From: Blastocystis sp. Blastoise
Lineage: Eukaryota > Protista > Bigyra: Opalinata
DNA: 64,000 bases
Assembly (NCBI GenBank): GCA_039096225.1
Contig: JBBPEB010000013.1
Coordinates: 1 to 64,000, forward strand
Direction: 5' to 3'
Shown: positions 54,053-64,000 of the stretch, piece by piece
Layout of the letters: the number at the start of each line of letters is the position of its first letter
How positions within the stretch are numbered: the first letter of the stretch is position 1
Translations under genes and position numbers: made by a program
The notes under the pieces: model-generated
What the model was told of the DNA's origin: nothing
The model's input: only the letters and a program-made list of their open reading frames with translations
Database searches by the model: none

Positions 54053-55655
54053 TATTTTTGTATTAATTATAATGAAATTCTTGATGTACGTGATTTATGG
54101 ATTATTACTCAATATTACTTTGCATTTTATATAAAAAATTTGTTTTATAAACAATATTATTGATCATTTTAGATATTGAAAGATATTTGTAATAGATATC
54201 CATTTCTCTTTTATATTGTTTTTATAAATAGTTTTTCATTCTTTTATATATACTTTATAGTGTTATATTGTGTTTGATAACGTATTTAGCATAATTTATA
54301 ATTTTTCACAACTAAAAAATAATCAACATAGTATTTTCAAATTCATTATTATGTATTTGTTGTATCAAAAGATTTTATGAAACAGATTCGAAATATTAAT
54401 ATTTTTTTAATACAATTCCTGTATCATCTTATTTTTGGAATACTTCTTTAACTTATCAATTATATCATATATATAGTTCTTAATGTTTTAATAAAAAAAT
54501 TTAATTATATAAATATATCATAATACATAATATTTAAAAAAAAAATAAATTTATAATTATAAGCTATGATATAAAAAGTGTCAATCATCATTTAATACAA
54601 GTTTTGCAAAAAAATAATATTTCTTCATATATAAAGTGCAATAAATGTTCTTAAAATATTGAAAATGATATGATACGATATATATAACACATATACATCA
54701 TATGAATAAGTTGAAATAAATAAAAAACAATATAAAAAAATAATAGTTGATGCAATTATATAATTAAAAAACAATAAAGAGCATAGAATTTAGTATTATA
54801 AAAACTATTAAAAATTGATTACAATAGTATTAACAATGATTCATTTAAATTAACCATAATTTGTGAGTATTTTTAAAAAATTAACTACTAATATCAAACA
54901 ATTATCTATATATTTAGCATTTGAAATACTGTGTGATAACTTTGAAATATTTATTATTACAAACTAACGATGAATTAAATGTAGTTGATTATTGAATATG
55001 AATTCCATATATATATATTAATTTTGAAGTATTTCCTTATAATTCTCACAGTTTTTCTTATTATTTATTCAAATATTATTATAAAAAGCAGCGTTTTCAT
55101 TCGTTTTTCAATGTTTATATTTTATATTTAAGCAGAAAATAAATAATGAATACATGTTTCAGATAATAATTTGGCAAAATATATAATATTTACAATCAAT
55201 CTATTAAATAACGGAAGAAATATATTGAATAAGATTAAAAAAGAATAAATGGGCTAGCTATTTCTAAAAGTGAGTGAACTGCTCAAGTCAGTCTCTTTTC
55301 ATTTGTTTAATTGACTTTTATTAAAATAATAAAATGTGTTATGATGTGAAAGCCAAAAATCATTTTTAATAGTGTATACTATACTTAAAAAAAATGTTTT
55401 AATAATTTCTCACAATTTTTTTTAAATATACAAAAAAAACAGACATAATCCTAGTTAAATACCTGATTTTCATTCTACCTTTATAAATCAACTTATCCCA
55501 AAATGGATATAAAAATTATTTGTATTATTTTAGAATTAGAATAGTATTGAGTCATAATTTGCATTAATAAATCAAGTTATATCAGTTGCAATAATATATA
55601 TAGTGCTAAATAAAACATAATTAAATATATAGCTACTACTTATATTGATTTTCAG

Positions 55656-57207
55656 ATGATTCACCATAAATTTAGCAATATCATAAATTTATTATTTATG
55701 TTAATATGTTATAAAATTTTGATACTGAAAATGAATAATGATACCTTTATGAAAATGGATATTTCCAAATTATTTTTTGTATGCTAGTTGCTATATAGTC
55801 TGTATATTATGTATAGATAAATAATACACTTTCATATAAGCCAGTGACAAAAAACAAATACAATACTACGTTAATCAACATTTTTTCGAGGAAGAATATG
55901 ACAATGGAAACATATACAATTCGTAAAAAAACATATGAAAAAGAACTTTGTAAATATAGATTATATGATAATAATAATATATATATAACACATAGCTTTA
56001 ATTAAAAGAAATAAAATTGATCTGAAATCTCCAATATGTAATTCCTCTTTAAATACTAATGAAAATGAATTATTCAATAAATATTATGAAAGAACAGCTA
56101 TTCATGATGGTAGAAAGTTAATTGCTTTTGGAACAACACTTGTCGTTACAGTATGATGCAAAGTATATATATATATATATATTCTATAGAATCAATTGTC
56201 ACGAATTTTTATCCAAAATTATTTTCTCAGCAGCATCATAATATTTCAAAAATACACAAACATAAGATTTGTTGTTTTTACAGATAATCAAGTAATAATT
56301 GATGAATGCCAGAAAAAAAATATTAGTTATAGTAATAACTGTATTTCTATATTTTTTTATGTTTACTAGAATAAATAGTTAAAGTCAATAGATATAATGT
56401 TCCAATATTAAAATCTATAATAAAAACGTTAGAAACATATTATGAATCCTGGTTTTATGGTTATTTAAATGCAGATATATTATTAAGTTTAAATATTGAA
56501 GATATTATGTTGAAAGTATTAGAATCAATCTATAAAAAAGAATTAAAATCGGAAGTTGTCTTAGTTAGCACACGTTCAAATGTTAATGATACATTCTTTC
56601 AATATAGAACATTCTCAAATAATTATGAATACAACGAATTATTAAATGAGGCTTACAAAACTTCAAATTATTATCTTCCAAATGCAATTGTACTAAATAT
56701 TATATTTATTTTTGAATTTCTATTTATAGGATGTATTTATTTCTACAAAATATACACTTACAAATCATTTATTTGATGATGTAGTAATAGGAAGATATTT
56801 TATAGATAATTATATAATGGATAATGCAAATTTTAGAAGCGAATATGTTGATGTTATAGATATTACTCCGAGCAGTATGATTTTTTTTAAATTAATTTTT
56901 TTAAATATAATTAAAAGCACCAATAATTCATATGTCTGGAAATGAACAATATAAAAGCATTCAAACAACAGAAGACATGCTATATAATGATCAATTTTTT
57001 GCTACTAAAACAAAAGGTTATTTTTGTGATATATACCTATCTAACTATGTAGTATATTTTTAATTTTTATAACCTCAAAATATTTAGATTAAAAAAAATA
57101 ATGGTAAATATGTTATTGAACCAATTATATATGAACCTTATATATGCAATGAGAAATACGAAATGAAACTGTTGACTTGCTACTATAAATATCTTAAAAA
57201 ACAATAA
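55656..57207 (+). CDS. Putative glycosyltransferase-like protein (FYGYLNADIL), paralog of 36518-38160
   Basis: FGTTLV..RFVVFTDN..VNRYNVPILKSII..WFYGYLNADILLS..VSTRSN..DVVIGRYFIDNYIM; matching exon layout. Confidence 0.65.
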
Positions 57208-58265
57208 TTATTTGTATCAGAATAGTTTTGTTGAAAATTTTTTTCAAGTCTTAAAAAGTATCTTTAAAATTTGTCATGTAGCATTATTATAATTATTATT
57301 GTTAGAAGTATTATAATATGCTAATAAGTAAGATTTAATTTCCAAGAACATTTAAAATTATAAAGATAAATTCTAGATATATGACTTTTTTCGCAAATAT
57401 TGTGTTATCGAGAACAATTTATTTTATATATTCAATTAAAATAAATTTAAAAATACTATAAACAATATTATATTTTATATAAAATAGTAATAATATTTAG
57501 AAATAAAAGAAAAATCAGAATAGTGATATATTTTCTTTATTTAAAGTGAATAATTATTTCTACATAAATTTCAAGAAATAAAAAATATTATATAATGAAT
57601 TAAATAAATAAATAGCATCTTTTGAAATATAGTTTTCTTTCTCTTTATTATTATTAAGATTTTTATAAAAGTTGATATTAAATAATAACATATTGTAATC
57701 ATATGAATGTTAGCTTTTAATAACACATTTTTATTAATAATATGTATATATATATTGATTTTGCTCTTAATTACTTCTTATATGATAAATGAGTTGAAAT
57801 TAATATCTAACATATAATCTATACATTTTTATGTTGATATGAAATAAAAACCATTTATTAATATTCTTTTGAATTAGTGTATGCAAATAACCAGCTTTAT
57901 AACATTTTATTCGTTTTCTAAGATTAATAATATATATATGACTCTGATCATAATAAATGTATAAATAAGTCTAAAAGAAAATACAATATTTTATTTCAGA
58001 ACTTTTCATAAAAACATATAAACACTGATTTTGACAATAAAAAATATTAAACAAATTTTGTATGACTTTTCATGTTGTTTACAACTAAGAAATAAAATGA
58101 TCTGATATGATGGCACTATTTCACTAACATGTTTTTTTAGAAATAAGAGTAAATTTGTAACCTATTATAAACACAAATTCTAGAAATATGTAAATAATGA
58201 TGTTAATTGCAAACAATAATAATAAATTATGGCTTAGAGGCATAAATCTATAGTTAACACATATT

Positions 58266-59960
58266 ATGATAATTATTAAAAAAATATTTTTATTGATGAG
58301 TATGTATATTTTTATTACTTTTTCTTGTGATTATTGCTGACATACTTAATATAAAAATATAATTAAATAGTACCATAGAAAAATCTAAGTTTAGTATTAT
58401 TAATTTATAATATTTACAAAATATTTCACACAGAAGTGTCAATAAGAAATGAATCAAAAAAAAAATACTATTATTGTTTAGTATAATTATTCTAATAAAC
58501 TAGATATTCATTTTCAATCAGTGAAGCTTGAAAAAAAAATAGCTTTAGTCATTCAAAGTAACAATATTTCTACAAATACTTTAGATATTACTACATTTTA
58601 TAATGGAACATCTCTTTTTGATCAAATATTTATCATTCAAACAGATAAAAACAATAATTTTACATCAATTAATTATAAAAATACAATTTGTAATGATTTT
58701 TCATTTCCTTATTGTATTTTTCAAAATTTTGATGATTTAGATCATTATGCTTTCATGTTATCTATTTATTATGAAGAAGATTATGTATTTTATATTGATG
58801 AAAATGAAATTAATACTCAAATAAAAGATAAAATGACATCAAATTGGTTAGATGAAACAATATATTCATTAGAAAGCAATCAAATTGATTTATTTTCTTG
58901 TATAATATTAGAGAATAATGATAATAAATATTTATCAGGATGTTTAATAATAAAACAAATATGGATTCGTAAATTATTAACATATACAACAATAAATCTA
59001 AAATCTCCTTCTGTAATGAATACTATTTATTCTTATTTAAAAAATCAAAAACAAAATATTTTAATGGATACTTTCTTAAAAAAATCATATTATAATAAAC
59101 AATTACCTAAATCTGGTATACATTTATTTGCTTGTAATTATGCAGATATATTAATACCAGATACAATTTCTGTAATAATTCCTATGTTTAAACGAAATAC
59201 AGCTGAAAGAATGATTGATTGTTTTTCAATTCAAATACATCCTCCAAAATATGTAATATTTCAGCAAAGTCTTCATTATATGGAGATTCAAGATTCATTT
59301 TTTACTAGTTCTTTATTTCCTGTATATTATATATGGTCTCCAAATTGGAATATGAAATATCATGCTAGATTATTTACTTCTTCTATTTTCGATACAAAAT
59401 ATATTATGTCAATAGATGATGATCATTTGATGAAATTAAATAATACATTTCAAAATGCAATATCGCTGCTAGACAAGAATAGCAATTCTATATATGCAGA
59501 GTATGTAATGAATTTTATGAGATATTTAAATGATAAGAAAATGGAAGATATTGTTAATGAAGATGGGTCATATGATCATGGTGGGTGTATCCTTTTTTAT
59601 AATCCAGAAAAAGTAAAAATATTTCTTAGATATAAAATAATTTCATATTCTACCCGAGAAGATGTTGGATTAACTGTAACAAATAATCTTGAATGTAAAA
59701 AAAAAACATATAAATTGGATATTTCAACAACTGATACAAATACAGATAAGTTTCGTTCAAAATATGCTGAAAAGAAAAAGAAAGCTGTGAAGACATAAAA
59801 AAACTTTTTTTACAGGAATAAATCAACTTTGGAAAGTGTTATATCTTTAAATTATCCACAAGTCTATCATTATTATGTATCAATTGGATTTTTACCGTAT
59901 AATTATAAAGTTCGTAATATTACTGTAAAAAATGTATACGATGGCAAATATATTTTTTAA
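58266..59960 (+). pseudogene. GT2-like glycosyltransferase paralog of 34074-35721 with a premature TAA (59796-59798) and an apparently disrupted 5' exon
   Basis: ISVIIPMFKR, YIMSIDDD, REDVGL. The same frame continues after the TAA with homology (VYHYYVSIGFLPYNY...DGKYIF*) to the intact paralog's C-terminus. Confidence 0.65.
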
Positions 59961-60767
59961 ATGTCATCCTTAGTATTAATACTTTTCAACTTATTTTAAA
60001 TTTATTTTATTATGTTTGAAATTGTATATATAATTGTTTGTTTTGAAAAGGATAAAGTATAAAGAAAGAAAATATTTTTTCTCATTAATATTTGTTCATA
60101 AATAGTTTTTGTAATTATATTATTTTATGAAATAATTCCTTTCTAAACTTAATAAATACTTATTATAATTTTTATAATTTTCTTTATATAAATAATAAAA
60201 AAAAATCTTTAGGTAATAAAAACAAAAAAAAATGTGTATGTTTTTAAAGCAATAAGTACATTTTTCATATATTACAAAAATATATATATATGTATATTTT
60301 CATAAAATAGTAATGATGTTTATATTTGTTTGATTTATTATTACTTATCTTCGTTAAATGTGATTAGTAATATAATTTCATCTAGATAATAATTTTATAT
60401 ACAGCTTTTATTTTATTGTTTTAAAAAATATTTATTTTTTAGATGTTTTACCAATGTTATTTAAATAACTATTTATGTTTAAACTTGATTATTTTTTGTG
60501 ACATTTAATATAAAAATACTAGATTTTTTTGAACAAAATGAAATGCATGCAAAAATCAATCATATAAGTATTAAATTGAGTTTTGTTTATAATTGTTATG
60601 TGACAATAATATTAGTTACATATAACGTAATGTTTGTTTTAGTTATTTCGGAAAATTATTATATTTGTAATAAACAAAAATTTTAATTTTAATTTTTTTG
60701 CATTTTTCTCTGAAACTTTTTTTCCATTTTTCTTCCGTATTATAACAAACTATACTATCTAATACAC

Positions 60768-61577
60768 TAGTCATTTTCCAAAAACACGTGAAATTTTTTC
60801 ACGTGTTTAAAACCCGTGAAAGAAATTCACAGGTTTTTGTAAATTGCAGTCATTTCTTTCACGGGTTTTGAAACCCAATGAAAGATTTATTCAAAATTAT
60901 TGACGCAATTAGATATACACCTATTTAATTCAATTGCTATTATTGCTTTATTATCGAATATATAGTATAATTTTTCCATTTATCTCTCTCCATACAATTT
61001 AAGAATTTCCAAAGTTAAAACATAACATATTAATTATATTAATTAACAATTGTTGATCAAGTGATATTATATTTATAGAATTAAAATTCACGTTTTACTT
61101 CATGTTAACATAAAATATAGAACTAGCAAAATGATTTTTATGTTTATTAATTTCTTATAAATCATAATTAGAAATAAGTTTTTTAGATAAAGTCTAATTT
61201 TATGAAATAATATCTTATGAAGCCAACGATACTTACTACAGCATATTCAAATACGTTTTACATTCTAATACTTCATTATCTTGATCTTCATTTTTTCTTT
61301 TGGTATTGAAATGAAATATTAGTCGTATTCACTTATATGCTTAAATATCATTAGTTGTTCTATGCATTTCAAAAATATTAGAAACATATTTAAATAGAAA
61401 TCAAACGGAATTAAAAGTATTCTTCTTATTATAAGCAATTTTCGCTGATTTTTGTATACTTGACGTGTATATTGTTTCATAGAATTTGCTTAAAAGTGAC
61501 TCTGTGTGATATATAGAGAGATATATAATAAAACAAAAACCCGTGAAATTTTTTCACGGGTTTTTTGAAAATGACTA
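60768..61577. mobile_element. Non-autonomous hAT-like MITE (~810 bp)
   Basis: ~40-bp TIRs TAGTCATTTTC.AAAAAC.CGTGAAA..TTTCACG.GTTT; 8-bp TSD TAATACAC/TAATACAT (7/8); internal palindromic AAACCCGTGAAA..TTTCACGGGTTT motifs. Confidence 0.85.
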
Positions 61578-61860
61578 TAATACATCATAAAATCCTTATT
61601 TTTAATAAATATTTGTTAATGTTATTAAAGTGTGTAAGATTTATGAAAATACGTCTAATAAAAACTAATATATCTAAATAATCAGTTAATATAAGTTTCC
61701 AAATCTAATAATAAAAATTAGAAAATACTTTTATAATTTTTATGAGACTGTATATAATAATTAGCAATTTAAGCTTTAGAAAAAATAATTATTCAAAATA
61801 TTTATATGTTCTATTAATATTCAAGGATTTGTAAAAATATAGATATCAACAAAAATAGAT

Positions 61861-62380
61861 GTTGACGTCACTAATAAAAGAATAATATAATACTGACGTC
61901 ACTAATAAATAAATGAATTTAATACTGACGTCACTAATAAATAAATGAATATAATACTGACGTCACTAATAAATAGATTAATTATATACTGACGTCACTA
62001 ATAAATAAATGAATATAATACTGACGTCACTAATAAATAGATTAATTATATACTGACGTCACTAATAAATAAATGAATATAATACTGACGTCACTAATAA
62101 ATAGAATAATATAATACTGACGTCACTAATAAATAGATTAATTATATATTGACGTCACTAATAAATAGATTAATATAATACTGACGTCACTAATAAATAG
62201 ATTAATTATATATTGACGTCACTAATAAATAGACTAATATAATACTGACGTCACTAATAAATAGATTAATTATATATTGACGTCACTAATAAATAGACTA
62301 ATATAATACTGACGTCACTAATAAATAGATTAATTATATACTGACGTCACTAATAAATAGACTAATATAATACTGACATA
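61861..62380. repeat. Tandem array of 16 x 32-bp units, each with a perfect TGACGTCA
   Basis: Cores at 61863, then 61894 + 32n to 62342; unit approx. TGACGTCACTAATAAATAGATTAATATAATAC. Confidence 0.97.
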
Positions 62381-64000
62381 GAAAAAAAATTTACAATAAT
62401 TGTTGATGTTATGTATTTTTTACATATATTAATAGGTGACATCTTATGAAATAATTAATCAATACTGATTTAGTTTTATATCGTTAGGAGTGATACTTGT
62501 TTAAGAATTCTTGTATTTAATGAACATTTCAAACTACTTTATAATTGACACTTACACATTTTTTCATATTAGTATTTCTTATTTCATATAATTTCTCAGT
62601 TAACAAATTTTAATCATCTATTTCGATAATATTTCTTTTATATATTTTAATTATTTATTTGAACAACTTTTTGATATTTAAAACACTCAAATTATTCATT
62701 ACATAAATCTATTATCTAGTTTTTATCTTTCAATATTATATTAATGAATTCAAGAATATAAAATACATAAATGTTTTGAATTATAATTTTCTGTTTTAGT
62801 AAATATTTTAAAACTATTTATTTATATTAATTAGACATTTTCTCATATCATATCTAAATAATAAAAACTTCTTGAAAAGGCTTATAATCAAATAACCCAC
62901 ATAACATAATCGCTCAGTATACAGTTATTAAATATCATATAGATCGATCAAATTCAAAAATAGATAAATGTGGAACTCATTCAATTAATTCATTCATTTT
63001 TAATTTAAAAAAAAGTATTTCAATTTTTATTATCGTTTTTATTATAAAGAGATTTTTCTTATATTATTTTCTCTGTCTTCTATTAAATATCATTATTATA
63101 AAAGCTTTAAATGGAAAATAAATTGGTAGGTTTTTAAAGAAGATCTTATAAATAATGTAATTCTTTTAAAATCGTTTTATATTAAATATTTACTGTTCCT
63201 ATATATGAAAAACTGCAACACTTTTTAAAATACGAAAAAAAAACAAGTTAATTCAATGTTATTTAATATAAGCCATATTATATTTTCTAAAAAAAATAAA
63301 TAAATTATTTTCATATTATCATCACTTTGTTTTTATATTAAATAAGAATTAATTTTTTATTATAAATAATATGTAAAAAACAAACTTTATTCAATATTCA
63401 TTAATAGTCTTTATTAGTAACTATTAAAGTCATACATATTTTATAGTTTCTTAAATAGATGACTATTTTAGATCAGATCCTTATCTGTTAAAACAGAAAT
63501 TAATAAAATAAACATTTAAATATCTGCTTTCTTTAAATTATCAACGCTGTTTTAAATTGGGTTTTTTTAACATTATTTAATATTTTTATTAATTGGTATT
63601 TTTTATTTAACATACTTTGGAAAGAATAATATTTCTTTACATTTAAAAAACGAAAAGAATTAAAATAATTCTTTTTTGTGAACATTTTTATATTATTTCT
63701 ATTGTTTGAAATTCTGTTCTACCCTTGATCACATATATTTCATTTATATAATCAATAATTAATACACTTCTAACCAAATATACTAATAAAGTCTTATGAT
63801 CAAAGAAAAGGTGAGCCTTTTTACAAGGATATATTATTATTTATTGACATAGATATGTCCTGATAGTTCTAAACGTTTCAAGAAGAACATGATTTTTCTT
63901 TTAATATTAACATTTCATTAAATCATTAAAAGCAGAAAAAAAGTCCTTTTTTAAAAGTCTCTTTTATATCTTTTTAGCAAAATAGATTCCATTTGTAATC

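Noticed and set aside
61861-62380. CRISPR array
   Set aside because: Inter-repeat sequences are near-identical rather than unique spacers; eukaryotic context; no cas genes

Overview
Very AT-rich, intron-containing eukaryotic DNA. The glycosyltransferase families and tiny introns suggest a protist, possibly Blastocystis/Opalinata-like (inference only). The window has two compartments. (1) 1-29.8 kb is a patchwork of truncated genes with (TA)n/(TAA)n-filled introns: the C-terminal part of a VPS13-family gene, a 5'-truncated CACTA/EnSpm transposase, a Cys-rich exon, a 2525-aa midasin-like AAA/VWA ORF and a frameshifted SNF2/BRM fragment. Two copies of a ~380-bp repeat sit upstream of the minus-strand strings. 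(2) ~30.5-62.4 kb is bracketed by two mutually inverted arrays of a 32-bp repeat carrying TGACGTCA (CRE). It contains a convergent pair of intact 4-exon bZIP genes that the ORF track misses (both with Ser at the invariant Asn), three duplicated glycosyltransferase-like families, and a near-perfect 15.2-kb palindrome (6.9-kb arms, 1.3-kb spacer). Each arm holds a GT61-like gene and a dead hAT transposon with an 8-bp TSD. Two MITEs are also present. The best candidate for an undescribed system is the CRE arrays plus atypical bZIP pair plus palindromic glycosyltransferase cluster.
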